The notes under the pieces: generated by a model | What the model was told of the DNA's origin: nothing | Seen by the model: only the letters and a program-made list of their open reading frames with translations | The model's database searches: none | Program-made: the position numbers and the translations under genes | NCBI GenBank assembly: GCA_903842475.1 | Contig: CAIMMA010000342.1 | Coordinates: forward strand, 1 to 36,763 | Length of the DNA stretch: 36,763 nt | DNA from: an uncultured bacterium | GTDB lineage: Bacteria; Desulfobacterota; Desulfobulbia; Desulfobulbales; Desulfobulbaceae | Direction of reading: 5' to 3' | Shown here: positions 1 to 10,077 of the stretch, piece after piece | Layout of the letters: each line of letters opens with the position of its first letter | Position numbering within the stretch: position 1 is the stretch's first letter

Positions 1-98
1 CGGGTCAATTTTTTAACCAAATCTTCTTTAGAATGAAAATCAACGGCCCCCCTTTCTATCAGGGCTATCTGTTCGGCTACGGACTTCATTATATCCCC

Positions 99-1664
99 CT
101 ACTTGGCGAATTCAACCGCTCTGGTCTCACGAATGACCGTGACCCGGATCTGTCCCGGATAGGTCAATTGCTCTTCAATGGCCTTGGCTATATCGCGACT
201 CAACAGGGTCGCTTCCTCATCTTTGACCTTCTGACTATCCACGATAATACGGAGATCACGCCCCGCCTGGATGGCGTAGGATTTTTCGACGCCACTGAAG
301 CTGTTGGCAATGTTTTCAAGATCATCAAGGCGCTTGACATAACTCTGCAGCATTTCTTTCCGCGCTCCAGGCCTTGCCCCGGAGAGTGCGTCGGCGGATT
401 GCACCAGCACGTCCAGCACGCTTTTAGGTGGCTGATCTTCATGATGCGCACCAATAGCATAAATAATATCTTCGGCCTCTCCGTATTTACGGGCAAGATC
501 ACGGCCGATAATGGCATGGGAACCTTCCACCTCATGGTCGACCGCCTTGCCTATATCGTGCAGCAAACCTGCTCGTTTGGCTTTTTTAACATCCAAGCCC
601 AACTCTGCAGCCATAACCCCGCAGAGGAAAGCGACCTCAAGGGAATGCTGCAGGATGTTCTGCCCATAACTGGTGCGGTATTTGAGGCGGCCTATCAGGT
701 TGATCAAATCCACATGCATACCGTGGGCGCCGACATCAAAGGTCGCTTGTTCACCAGATTCGCGAATCCCAACCTCGAGTTCCTCGGTGACCTTGGCGAC
801 GACTTCTTCAATTCGGGCCGGATGAATCCGCCCATCGGAAATGAGCTGTTCCAGTGCCCTTCGAGCCACCTCGCGTCGAATAGGATTGAACCCCGAAAGA
901 ATAACCGCTTCAGGGGTGTCGTCAATAATGATATCGATACCGGTCGCCGCCTCGATGGCACGGATATTTCGCCCCTCCCGCCCGATAATTCGTCCTTTCA
1001 TTTCATCATTAGGCAGGGGAACCATCGATACTGTTTTATCGGCAACATAATCGCCGGCGTATCTCGAAATAGCTAACGCAAGGATATTTTTACCTTTACG
1101 ATCAGCTTCCATTTTCATTTCATTTTCGATGCGCGAAAGCCTTTTAGCGCAATCCATGCGTGCCTCACTTTCGATGGACTGCATGAGTTGCTGCTTGGCC
1201 TCTTCGCGATCAATGCCGGCGATCTTTTCTAATTTATAGCGCTGTTCATCGACCAGGATATCAAGTTGTTGCTTCTTTTCCACGACCTCAGTTTCGTTGG
1301 TCGCCAGACGCTCTTCACGGTATTTGAGGCTGGTCTGTTTTTCTTCCAGAATCTGAAACTCCCGTTGGATTTCATCGAATTTACGATTCAGCCGCCGTTG
1401 ATCATCCTTGAGTTCCTGCCGACTTGCCTTGAGTTCACGATCGGCCTCCTGCTTGATTAAAAAAGCTTCTTCTTTGGCCTGCAGCAATGCCTCTTTTTTA
1501 ATTTGTTCGGCTTCACTGATGGAATTTTCAATGATCTGCCGCCCCTGCAACGCGATATTTTTCTGGTTGCCCTCTACCAGACGTTTACGCAGAAGTATAC
1601 CAATAGCCAACCCGGCGACAAGATTCACCAACGCCAAAAGCAGGGTTATCACATTCAATTCCAT
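99..1664 (-). CDS. rny: Ribonuclease Y
   Basis: N-terminal TM anchor ([22 protein letters not shown]), coiled coil, KH motif [15 protein letters not shown] motif LLHDIGK, C-terminal [12 protein letters not shown]. Start moved from 1742 to ATG 1664 so the TM anchor is N-terminal. Confidence 0.97.
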   Translation of the reverse strand: MELNVITLLLALVNLVAGLAIGILLRKRLVEGNQKNIALQGRQIIENSISEAEQIKKEALLQAKEEAFLIKQEADRELKASRQELKDDQRRLNRKFDEIQREFQILEEKQTSLKYREERLATNETEVVEKKQQLDILVDEQRYKLEKIAGIDREEAKQQLMQSIESEARMDCAKRLSRIENEMKMEADRKGKNILALAISRYAGDYVADKTVSMVPLPNDEMKGRIIGREGRNIRAIEAATGIDIIIDDTPEAVILSGFNPIRREVARRALEQLISDGRIHPARIEEVVAKVTEELEVGIRESGEQATFDVGAHGMHVDLINLIGRLKYRTSYGQNILQHSLEVAFLCGVMAAELGLDVKKAKRAGLLHDIGKAVDHEVEGSHAIIGRDLARKYGEAEDIIYAIGAHHEDQPPKSVLDVLVQSADALSGARPGARKEMLQSYVKRLDDLENIANSFSGVEKSYAIQAGRDLRIIVDSQKVKDEEATLLSRDIAKAIEEQLTYPGQIRVTVIRETRAVEFAK

Positions 1665-2071
1665 GGCAAGATACCTACTTAAATATATGAAAAATAGCGC
1701 AAGCCTGCCCTTTGATCGCTCAAAGTTGCAAGGTTGCCGCAAAAGGAGAGGGGAAGAGCGGGAAAGCGGGAGTGACGTTCGGAAGAAGGGGGTTTTAAAA
1801 ACAGAAACGCTGCCACAACAACAGGCCCCCAGGGCCCGTCCAGCAACTGCTTAGCACAACCCTGAGGTCATAGACCTTTAGAACTACAAGAAAAACGACC
1901 GCCTCTGCAACAATTTCCCGGCAGGTGTTTTACTTGAAACAGCCTGTGTGGAAGGTTACTCAAATATAGTAAACCTGATCGCATCAGGGTTGTCTTTTTA
2001 GCACTAGACCTACTCTGTCCGTTACTACTGTACACGCTACTATCCTCTTTAAACACTGAAACAGTGTCTAT

Positions 2072-2095
2072 ATAAAACAGCGGTTCGATACGCTG
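2072..2095 (-). terminator. Weak intrinsic terminator-like hairpin after 6S RNA
   Basis: Minus strand CAGCG-tatcgaac-CGCTG followed by TTTTAT. Confidence 0.4.
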
Positions 2096-2102
2096 GCCAA
2101 AA

Positions 2103-2272
2103 AACCCCCACGCTGCCGTGTCAACGGAATGATCAAAACCTAATCAAATTAGGTGGGTATTGCCCATGTCGTCGTCTGGAAATCAGTTAAGATTTCCATA
2201 GTTCGACAATAAAGCTACCCTAATCATGTGAGTTGGCTTAATACTCCGTTAATCACCAACAGAGCAGGGGCC
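2103..2272 (-). ncRNA. ssrS: 6S RNA
   Basis: About 170 nt directly downstream of zapA, the canonical position. Ends pair (5' GGCCCCUGCUCUG..UUAACGGAGU with AUUCCGUUGA..CACGGCAGCGUGGGGG 3'), with a central bubble and an apical hairpin GGAAAUC..GAUUUCC. Confidence 0.9.
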
Positions 2273-2299
2273 ACATTGTGTTCCTTTGACTAAGTATCT

Positions 2300-2308
2300 A
2301 CTATAGCA
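2300..2308 (-). promoter_or_regulatory. Extended -10 promoter for 6S RNA / rny leader
   Basis: Minus strand TGcTATAGT about 28 nt upstream of the 6S terminal stem; the -35 is weak. Confidence 0.5.
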
Positions 2309-2346
2309 GAACGATCTCCCAAACAAAACGATATTTTTCCAACTGA

Positions 2347-2634
2347 CTAGTCCAATGCAATGGAAACCTTGTCGATCAGCTGGGCAACCGTATGCCCCTG
2401 CGCTTGCCGAAACTCCTTATACTCTCGATTCAGTTGGGTATATTTGGCCGCCATGCGCAAACACCCCAAAACGAGCACTTTATTCGACGGAACAGAACTT
2501 CGACTCATTTTCTCATGGCCTTCCAACTCATGGCGGAGCAGGCTGATAGCTGACTCCACCTCTTCTTCGGGAGCGTCACTATAAAAAGTATATTCCTGTC
2601 CGAAGAGATTGAAGCGAACAAGACGATCCTGCAT
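2347..2634 (-). CDS. zapA: Cell division protein ZapA
   Basis: VRFNLFGQEYTF N-terminus, ~95 aa, C-terminal coiled coil, upstream of 6S RNA. Confidence 0.88.
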   Translation of the reverse strand: MQDRLVRFNLFGQEYTFYSDAPEEEVESAISLLRHELEGHEKMSRSSVPSNKVLVLGCLRMAAKYTQLNREYKEFRQAQGHTVAQLIDKVSIALD

Positions 2635-2652
2635 CAGTATCGATCGTCAGCC

Positions 2653-2967
2653 TCAATTGTTTTTATTGTCAGCGTCATCGCCGAACAAAAATCCCTGCAC
2701 ACCGCTATTATTGCTTTTTTCAGCAACATCAGCATCGTGCTCACTTTCCCATTGCTCGATACGACCGATTAAGCCAGTCACCCGATTTCCGACCTCGGAA
2801 CGCTCGGTGCTGAGATTGAAAACCGTGTTTTTCAAATCAGCACATTCAGCATCACGTTCCCGGAGGGTATCCTGCAATGCGTGATACTCGGACTTCAGGT
2901 TGTTGTATTTCGTCAACAGTTTATCTACAAACTCCTCCAAGCGAACCAATTCCGCAGTATTCTCCAT
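2653..2967 (-). CDS. zapB: ZapB-like coiled-coil cell division protein
   Basis: LVRLEEFVDKLL..LK.E heptad pattern, SD AGGGG, immediately upstream of zapA. Confidence 0.7.
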   Translation of the reverse strand: MENTAELVRLEEFVDKLLTKYNNLKSEYHALQDTLRERDAECADLKNTVFNLSTERSEVGNRVTGLIGRIEQWESEHDADVAEKSNNSGVQGFLFGDDADNKNN

Positions 2968-3130
2968 GACGTTTCCCCTGACTTTTAAGTTGCCGAAAAG
3001 GTTGCAAAACCATAACCTTCCGAAATTATAATGGAACTGAACAGGGCACCAATATACAGATCACCATCCCTGAACGCAAGGACTTTGGAAGGATGCGAGC
3101 CCCTGGATCTTCATTTTTAGAACTGGAAAA

Positions 3131-3616
3131 TTAACACCGGAAATATTCCCAGGACAAGGGCCGATTGTTTTTATAAGGCATAACACCGTGAAAGGGTCGA
3201 GGATCGCCATCAAAAACCAGGGGCAGAAAGAAACGATCCCCTTCCCACATCGGTAACTGATCGAGAGCGGCAACCGGATGCCAAATCAGATCCCCCTCCT
3301 CATTCTTCTGCAAGGCCGTACCGCTGTAATCGGTAATCAGAAAAATAAAACCGAGCCAATCTTCACCTTCTGGCCCGAAACCGGTCCAGTTAATGGTGCC
3401 GCGCAATCGAATGCCGGTGCATTCCAGGCCTGACTCCTCCCGAATTTCTCTTCTCAGGCAACTCAGCACATCTTCGTTTGCTTTCATTTTACCGCCCAAG
3501 CCGTTATATTTACCTAAATGCTGATCTGCAGCGCGGGCATTACGGTGCACAAGTAGCGTCTGCAGCCCGTCTGACGACAAAATATAACCAAGGGTCCCTA
3601 TTATGGGTTTATACAT
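3131..3616 (-). CDS. NUDIX hydrolase (8-oxo-dGTP diphosphatase / MutT-like)
   Basis: Nudix box GGKMKANEDVLSCLRREIREESGL; LPMWEGD motif typical of MTH1/MutX-like members. Confidence 0.9.
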   Translation of the reverse strand: MYKPIIGTLGYILSSDGLQTLLVHRNARAADQHLGKYNGLGGKMKANEDVLSCLRREIREESGLECTGIRLRGTINWTGFGPEGEDWLGFIFLITDYSGTALQKNEEGDLIWHPVAALDQLPMWEGDRFFLPLVFDGDPRPFHGVMPYKNNRPLSWEYFRC

Positions 3617-3783
3617 GGGATACGATCCATCTGATTAATAAAAGGTACGGTATCGTTATCTGCCGACCACCGTGTCTTGCAACTTCTATCGCCGGCCTGT
3701 TGACAATATGATACGATAAAAAAAAGTTTCGTCGCTCATAACCACTCTCTTCCCTTTGACTGGTCTTTTGCCATCACACTATC

Positions 3784-5169
3784 ATGAATTGCATCGTTCC
3801 GAAAACACAAGAACAAAAGATACATTTTCTTTGCATTATCCTCTGCTGGTTTTCATGCTCCCTGTGCCTTGCCGTCACCAAGTGCTTTGCGGCCGAACCA
3901 TTCCCCCTCTATCCCTGCATCAGTACCAACGTCAAATTCTGGGAAGCGGTGTACAGCCGCTATTCGACCCGGCAGGGGATATTGCATGACATCGACGATC
4001 TCAGCCGTGTTTATGCTGTTATTGAGCTCGAAGATTGGGATGCCGCCGGATCGGCCAAGATCAACAGCGAACGCATTAAGGAAGCTAAAAATCGGATTAA
4101 CGAAATCCTCACCGAACTCGGTTCCGGGAAAAAACCGATCACCCCGGAAGAAAGAAAGATTGCGGCTCTTTTCGCCCAGTCGCCCCAGGCCGACTATCAC
4201 GAGGCTCGGGAAAACATCCGGTTGCAAGTTGGCCAGCAAGACCGTTTTTACGAGGGGCTCATTCGTTCCGGTAAATATCTTGCCCACTTTAAACGTTATT
4301 TCATCTCGCAAGGACTACCCGCGGAACTGGCCTATCTCCCCCATGTGGAATCTTCCTTTAATCCGAAAGCCTACAGTAAAGCCGGAGCTGCCGGCCTCTG
4401 GCAGTTTACCCGGTCCACCGGCAAGGAATACCTCACCATCAACGAACTGGTCGATGAGCGCTACGACCCATACCTCGCCACCCAGGCAGCCGCAAAAATG
4501 CTCAAGGATAACTACGCCCGACTCGAAACCTGGCCGCTGGCCATCACCGCCTATAATTATGGCCGCGCCGGCATGGTCCGAGCGGTCAACGAACAGGGCA
4601 ATTATGAAAATATCTTCAAATCCTACAGCCAAGGGTATTTTAAATTTGCCTCCCGAAACTTTTATTCGGAGTTTCTGGCCGCCACGCGGGTAGCCAAGCG
4701 ATTGGCAACCGATCCGAGAGTACCTTTCGATCGGCCGGAAACGACGATCACAGTTCGAATCAAGGAAGATACGCCCGTTGCACGGCTGCGCAGCGCCTAC
4801 CGCATCTCCCCGCAAGAATTCGCACGGCTGAATGCCGCTCTTATGGAACCCGTGCTCGACGGCCGGCAGCCGGTACCGAAAGGATACCAGGCGCGACTGC
4901 CCGCTGGCAAGCAGCCACTGGTTCAACAATCTGCAACCACATTAGCACCTAAAGCCACCACACCAGAGGGCACCCCCAGGATAAAGTCTGCACCAGCCAA
5001 ACCCGTAGCCAGGTATACGGTGCAAAAAGGAGACACCCTATCCTCCATCGCCCGCCAATTCCGACTTTCCCCCCAAACCTTACTGGCGGCCAACAACAGG
5101 AGCGGACTCGCCGAAATCCGAATTGGCGACAAACTGATCATTCCAGTAGCCCTCAGTAAAAATCTCTAA
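3784..5169 (+). CDS. Lytic transglycosylase (MltD-like) with C-terminal LysM
   Basis: Signal peptide; SLT motifs HVESSF, AAGLWQF and AITAYNYG; LysM YTVQKGDTLSSIARQF. Confidence 0.92.
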   Translation: MNCIVPKTQEQKIHFLCIILCWFSCSLCLAVTKCFAAEPFPLYPCISTNVKFWEAVYSRYSTRQGILHDIDDLSRVYAVIELEDWDAAGSAKINSERIKEAKNRINEILTELGSGKKPITPEERKIAALFAQSPQADYHEARENIRLQVGQQDRFYEGLIRSGKYLAHFKRYFISQGLPAELAYLPHVESSFNPKAYSKAGAAGLWQFTRSTGKEYLTINELVDERYDPYLATQAAAKMLKDNYARLETWPLAITAYNYGRAGMVRAVNEQGNYENIFKSYSQGYFKFASRNFYSEFLAATRVAKRLATDPRVPFDRPETTITVRIKEDTPVARLRSAYRISPQEFARLNAALMEPVLDGRQPVPKGYQARLPAGKQPLVQQSATTLAPKATTPEGTPRIKSAPAKPVARYTVQKGDTLSSIARQFRLSPQTLLAANNRSGLAEIRIGDKLIIPVALSKNL

Positions 5170-5210
5170 TCCACCCTAACAGACCCCTACCTCTGCAATA
5201 AAGGATTCAA

Positions 5211-5573
5211 ATGGACATTTCAGCAACCATCGCCAACCTGAAGAAACGACATGATTTCAATGACAAAGTCGGAATGATCCTTATCCATAACGGGACCGTA
5301 CGCAGTTGGTCGCGCCACGATGGGCGACAGGTTGCGGCACTGGAAACCACGATAGATCACGGGAAGATAGCACGGTTACGGCAAGAATACCTTGAACGGC
5401 CTGGTATTTATGAGATAATAGTTGAAGCTAGTTCCGGTCGTTTTTCCCCTGGGGATGACCTCTTATTCATAATCGTGGCCGGCGACATCCGTGAAAATAT
5501 TAAACCAGTGCTCGCCGAGTTACTCGACCGAATCAAGGCCGAGGCAGTAACTAAAAAAGAAATTTTAGCGTAA
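5211..5573 (+). CDS. moaE: Molybdopterin synthase catalytic subunit MoaE-like protein
   Basis: VGMILIHNGTVR, GDDLLFIIVAGDIRE and terminal KKE motifs; SD AAGGA. Confidence 0.85.
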   Translation: MDISATIANLKKRHDFNDKVGMILIHNGTVRSWSRHDGRQVAALETTIDHGKIARLRQEYLERPGIYEIIVEASSGRFSPGDDLLFIIVAGDIRENIKPVLAELLDRIKAEAVTKKEILA

Positions 5574-5621
5574 ACCCGTTCGTTCCTGCCCCGTGGCCCG
5601 CCAAACTTGAGGAGTCCTTTT

Positions 5622-6467
5622 ATGCCCACAGCCGAAGTGCTGATTGACAAATTTAAAAAGATAAAGACTTTGCCTCATATTGTCGCCCGGCTCGTCCAAT
5701 TGGTCAACGATGAAGATTCGACTTTGCAGGATTTTGAAGAAGTCATCCGTCTCGATCCCGCGCTGGTCGCCAGACTCTTGACGCTGGTCAACAGTTCCTA
5801 TTTTGGATTGACGCGCAAGGTTGACTCCATCTCTCGGGCGGTGGCGCTCCTTGGCATGAAAAATCTCCATAACATTGCGGTGACCGATGCAATCCGGGGA
5901 CTGCTTCGCAATATTTCCGGGACCACCGAATTCTCACCACAACAACTGTGGCTCCACAGCGCCGCCTCAAGCATCTGCTGCAAAATGATTGCCGAACGTA
6001 TTTTCACCCTCAATGGCGATGACGCCTATCTCTGCGGTATCCTGCACGACATCGGCCTGATTGTTGAGATAGAGACTGACCAGGAAAACTTTCTAAAGTT
6101 GATCGAGCAACTGGACCCCGACGGACCCTCTCTGATTGAATTGGAACAAGACCTGTTCAACACCGACCATTGCCAGATAGGATATATACTGGCCAAGGAT
6201 TGGCGTATCCCCGACCCGATTGCCGAAGCCATTCGCGATCATCATCTCGACAGTGGGCCCATCAACCCCCATTCGCCGACCGGAATCCTCCAGATGAGCG
6301 AATATATTATTCACCAACTGGGATTTTCAGCTATTAAGGACGGACTCACCACCATCCTGGTACCATCTCTAGCCGCACATATTCAAGCCAACGTGGAAGA
6401 ATACAAGGTGCTTGCGGAAGATCTTCCAGAGGAACTGGAAAAAACCAAAAAAATGTATGGCGGCTGA
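5622..6467 (+). CDS. HDOD domain signal transduction protein
   Basis: [47 protein letters not shown] and [13 protein letters not shown] motifs; SD GAGGAG before ATG 5622. Confidence 0.92.
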   Translation: MPTAEVLIDKFKKIKTLPHIVARLVQLVNDEDSTLQDFEEVIRLDPALVARLLTLVNSSYFGLTRKVDSISRAVALLGMKNLHNIAVTDAIRGLLRNISGTTEFSPQQLWLHSAASSICCKMIAERIFTLNGDDAYLCGILHDIGLIVEIETDQENFLKLIEQLDPDGPSLIELEQDLFNTDHCQIGYILAKDWRIPDPIAEAIRDHHLDSGPINPHSPTGILQMSEYIIHQLGFSAIKDGLTTILVPSLAAHIQANVEEYKVLAEDLPEELEKTKKMYGG

Positions 6468-6478
6468 GGTTCTCTTTC

Positions 6479-8632
6479 ATGACTCTGACACCCCTGTTTG
6501 CCGATCTGGTCGACCCGATCAATGAATTGATCGGATTACGCACCCAACTGGAGCAAGAAACCGAGTTGCTCTTGTTTTTCTGCCTCAATCATTCCGGCCA
6601 TCACGTGGCCTCCGATAACTTCCCGTTGGGCGCTGAACTGGCCATCCAATGCATCGAGGAAAAAGAAAAACAATCATCGGAGATTTCTTTCTTTTTGCAC
6701 AATCGTTCGTTCGCCCTGCTCGCAGTTCCGGACCTGCAAGGATATGTCCTCGCTACCGCCAAAGACCCCAAGCAGGCTGACGCCAGCGGTTGGATCTCAA
6801 CCATTGTCCGCCTTGGGGTCCGCCTCTTTCTCGCTCACCGCGAAACCGAGGAAACCGTAAACAGGCTCCGCATCCAGAAAAAACAATTCGATCGGAAGTC
6901 TGCGGTCCTGGAGAAAAAATTCCAGGACATCATGGTTGAAAACGAAGAGAATTACAGCAAGATTCAAGAACAGCAACGCAACTACTCCGAAACCCTGCAA
7001 GCGGAAATAAAAAAGCAGACTGCAGAATTACGGACCGCCAAAAGAGCTGCGGAGGCGGCCAACATCGCCAAAAGCGAATTTTTGGCGGCAATGAGCCACG
7101 AAATCCGCACCCCGATGAACGGGATCATCGGCTTCACCGATATGCTTCTGGATACCGGACTGGATGCGGAACAGGTGGAATTCGCTCAGACCATCAAACG
7201 CAGTTCCGACGCCCTGCTCTCCCTAATCAACGATATTCTCGACTTTTCCAAGGTTGAAGCAGGCAAACTCGACCTCGAATGCATCAGCTTCGACCCGGAG
7301 ATCACGGTGCAGGATGTCTGCGATCTGGTCAGACCCAAGGTTGCCTCACGCCCGATCGAGGTACTCTGCAGAATCGACGATGCCCTCCCGGCCAACGTCA
7401 TGGGCGATCCGGGTCGGTTTCGTCAGGTTTTGGTTAATTTGATGGGAAATTCAGCCAAATTCACCAAAAAAGGAGAGCTTGAACTGGCCCTCATGGTCGA
7501 TGAAGAAACCCAAGACAGCATCACGCTCCACGCCCGGATTAGAGATACGGGAATCGGGATCCCCGAGGATAAATTGGATTCCATTTTCGAGGCCTTTCGA
7601 CAGGCCGACGGCTCAACCACCAGGGAATACGGCGGCACAGGCCTGGGTCTTTCCATTTGTCGTAAAATCGCCGGCTTGATGGAGGGGCACGTTTGGGCCG
7701 AGAGCCAACCAGGCCGGGGCAGCATCTTTCATTTCACCTCCAAACTGAAAAAAATGCCGCAACAGTACACCAAGACGTTTAGCAAAGTCTCCCTGGCAAA
7801 AAAGCGGATTTTGGTGGTTGATGACAATATCACCAATCTCAGCATCTTAACGCATATCCTCAAAACCGCCGACCTTGAGGTCGTGGCCATTCAGAACAGC
7901 AGCCAAGTCGCTTCCGTGCTGCACCAGGCCATCGCCGAGAACACCTTGTTCCATCTCATCATTCTTGACATCCAGATGCCGGCGCCGGATGGCTATACCC
8001 TGGCCGGGATGATCCGCCATGAGATCCCTGAAACCGCCAAAATCCCTTTGCTCGCCTACACCTCCTCCACGGACAGGAACGCCCAACGCTGCAAAGACGC
8101 CGGTTTCGATGCCTTTCTCACCAAACCAACCCGGCGGGAAATCCTCTTCAAAACCATTGAAAAACTGATGAGCCCTGAAGAACCCGCCGACGCAAGCCCG
8201 GTTAAGGAAACCTTCATTACCCAGTACAGTGTTCGCGAGGAAATCAAACAATCGGTCCGTATCCTGCTGGCCGAGGACAATCCGGTCAACCAAAAACTTG
8301 CGGTTCTGATCCTCACCAAAGCAGGGTACAAAGTTGAAGTGGCCAACAACGGCCGAAAGGCCGTGGACACCTTCACCGAAGCGCCAGAACGTTTCGATCT
8401 CATCCTTATGGATATCCAGATGCCGGAGATGGATGGTCTCGCCGCGACCAGAGAGTTGCGGAACAGGGGGTTCACGACCATCCCCATTATCGCCATGACC
8501 GCCAACGCCATGAAAGGCGATCGAGAAATTTGCCTGGAAGCCGGCATGAATGACTACATTACCAAGCCGGTGAAACGAGAAATAATCTTTGAAATTATCG
8601 AAAAATGGCTGCATCAGGAACTGGGGAGATGA
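6479..8632 (+). CDS. Cytoplasmic hybrid sensor histidine kinase (HisKA-HATPase-REC-REC)
   Basis: H-box [11 protein letters not shown]-box [16 protein letters not shown] and GGTGLGL; two receiver domains, each with DIQMP and KP. Confidence 0.95.
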   Translation: MTLTPLFADLVDPINELIGLRTQLEQETELLLFFCLNHSGHHVASDNFPLGAELAIQCIEEKEKQSSEISFFLHNRSFALLAVPDLQGYVLATAKDPKQADASGWISTIVRLGVRLFLAHRETEETVNRLRIQKKQFDRKSAVLEKKFQDIMVENEENYSKIQEQQRNYSETLQAEIKKQTAELRTAKRAAEAANIAKSEFLAAMSHEIRTPMNGIIGFTDMLLDTGLDAEQVEFAQTIKRSSDALLSLINDILDFSKVEAGKLDLECISFDPEITVQDVCDLVRPKVASRPIEVLCRIDDALPANVMGDPGRFRQVLVNLMGNSAKFTKKGELELALMVDEETQDSITLHARIRDTGIGIPEDKLDSIFEAFRQADGSTTREYGGTGLGLSICRKIAGLMEGHVWAESQPGRGSIFHFTSKLKKMPQQYTKTFSKVSLAKKRILVVDDNITNLSILTHILKTADLEVVAIQNSSQVASVLHQAIAENTLFHLIILDIQMPAPDGYTLAGMIRHEIPETAKIPLLAYTSSTDRNAQRCKDAGFDAFLTKPTRREILFKTIEKLMSPEEPADASPVKETFITQYSVREEIKQSVRILLAEDNPVNQKLAVLILTKAGYKVEVANNGRKAVDTFTEAPERFDLILMDIQMPEMDGLAATRELRNRGFTTIPIIAMTANAMKGDREICLEAGMNDYITKPVKREIIFEIIEKWLHQELGR

Positions 8633-10071
8633 ACGATTCGTCCGGAATGCCCGAGGAACAATCGCACGCTGATCGCCTCTCCCGATCCCGGCGTATGCAT
8701 CAATGGGCCTTTTCGCCACTTCCCTCAAAAAACAAGCCCGTCGAATTTTTCCGTATTTGCCTTCGGATCTTACTGATCATGTATCGGGAGTTTTTCCGGA
8801 CGCACCTTGCTATCAGGGCCTCGGCGCTGACCTACTCCATCATTCTCTCGCTGATCCCTATCCTGGCACTGAGCACCTCCATTCTCAAAGGACTCGGCAG
8901 CGATGAACAGCTCAAACTGGCAGCTATCAGAATCATCGAACAGATTGAGCCTCCTACATCTCTGCCGGCAACAAGGATTGGCATCCCCGCCCCTGGCGTA
9001 ACCGAACCTTCCAGCCCCAATGCAGGGCAATCAGCCAACACTCAGGCCCAAACCGCCCGGACGGCCTATCTGCACAACGCCGTTGATCTCATCTTTGGGT
9101 ATGTCAACCAGACAAACTTCGCCGCTCTGGGTCTCCTGGGCGTTATCGGCCTGATCGGTGTAGTCATCCTGGTGCTTTCCTCAGTGGAAGATGCCATGAA
9201 CGCCATCTGGCATACCCACAAGGGGCGATCATTCTCCCGTAAGATCATGGATTATCTCGCCTTACTGATCCTGCTGCCCATATCGTTAAATATCGCGCTG
9301 GCGGCTGAAGCTATTCTTGCCAGCAAGAAAATCATGGGCCAGGTGAGCATGATTGTACCGACCGCCTGGGTGGCGGCTTTTTTCATTAATTTTGTCCCCT
9401 TTGTGTTCATTGTCATCACCTTGATGGTCATGTATCTTTTCTTCCCCCACGTTAAGGTAAAGACCGGGGCGGCCCTGATAGGTGCTCTTTTCGCCTCTAT
9501 TTTCTGGTTCATTTTCCAAAAAATCTACATCGCCCTACAGGTGGGTGTTGCCAGTTACAACGCCATCTATGGCTCGTTTGCTTCCGTCCCACTTTTTCTC
9601 ATCTGGCTGCAAATCGGCTGGACCTCCATCCTCCTCGGTGCCTCCTTGGCCCATGCAATTCAGCATCACAGGCAATACAACGCCATTGCCGCCACCACGC
9701 TATCCCCCCAGCGGCGCCTCCAGATGGCTTTTGATATCCTCCAAACCGTCTATGATAATTTCGAAAAACGAATACCAACCTCCTTCAACCAACTCAACGA
9801 GCAACTATCACCTGTCCCATGCAAGGACATCAAAACCATCGCCGCGCTCTTGATCAACGGACAATTGCTCAGCTGCAGTGAGAATAACAACGAAGAAACC
9901 CTGATCCCGGTGACTTCGGCGAACAAACTGTACGCCAGCGAAGTTGTGCATCTGGTCATGGGAAGCGAAACCTTAGCCACAACAGGCGGTTTACTGGCCA
10001 CCCAAGCCATTGATCCGGCCAGCAACGCTCTCCATGCACGACCAATTTACAGCCAAACGCCATCCGGTTGA
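8629..10071 (+). CDS. YihY/BrkB family inner membrane protein with soluble C-terminal extension
   Basis: [24 protein letters not shown] and [18 protein letters not shown] motifs; ATGA overlap with the kinase stop. Confidence 0.92.
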   Translation: MNDSSGMPEEQSHADRLSRSRRMHQWAFSPLPSKNKPVEFFRICLRILLIMYREFFRTHLAIRASALTYSIILSLIPILALSTSILKGLGSDEQLKLAAIRIIEQIEPPTSLPATRIGIPAPGVTEPSSPNAGQSANTQAQTARTAYLHNAVDLIFGYVNQTNFAALGLLGVIGLIGVVILVLSSVEDAMNAIWHTHKGRSFSRKIMDYLALLILLPISLNIALAAEAILASKKIMGQVSMIVPTAWVAAFFINFVPFVFIVITLMVMYLFFPHVKVKTGAALIGALFASIFWFIFQKIYIALQVGVASYNAIYGSFASVPLFLIWLQIGWTSILLGASLAHAIQHHRQYNAIAATTLSPQRRLQMAFDILQTVYDNFEKRIPTSFNQLNEQLSPVPCKDIKTIAALLINGQLLSCSENNNEETLIPVTSANKLYASEVVHLVMGSETLATTGGLLATQAIDPASNALHARPIYSQTPSG

Positions 10072-10077
10072 ACAATC

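Noticed and set aside
33-1076. 347-aa plus-strand ORF
   Set aside because: Antisense shadow of rny with no recognisable motifs; typical of codon-biased genes.
1868-2056. 62-aa ORF inside the rny leader (possible leader peptide or ygfA remnant)
   Set aside because: GTG start without SD, no protein-like motifs, and it overlaps the RNA hairpins; not supportable.
2078-2095. GGTTCGAT resembling a tRNA T-loop
   Set aside because: No cloverleaf around it; it is a simple hairpin after 6S RNA.
7847-8728. 293-aa minus ORF and similar long antisense ORFs (15007-15756, 25032-25772, 29087-29926, 34665-35393)
   Set aside because: All lie opposite well-supported genes and lack independent motifs or SD sequences.
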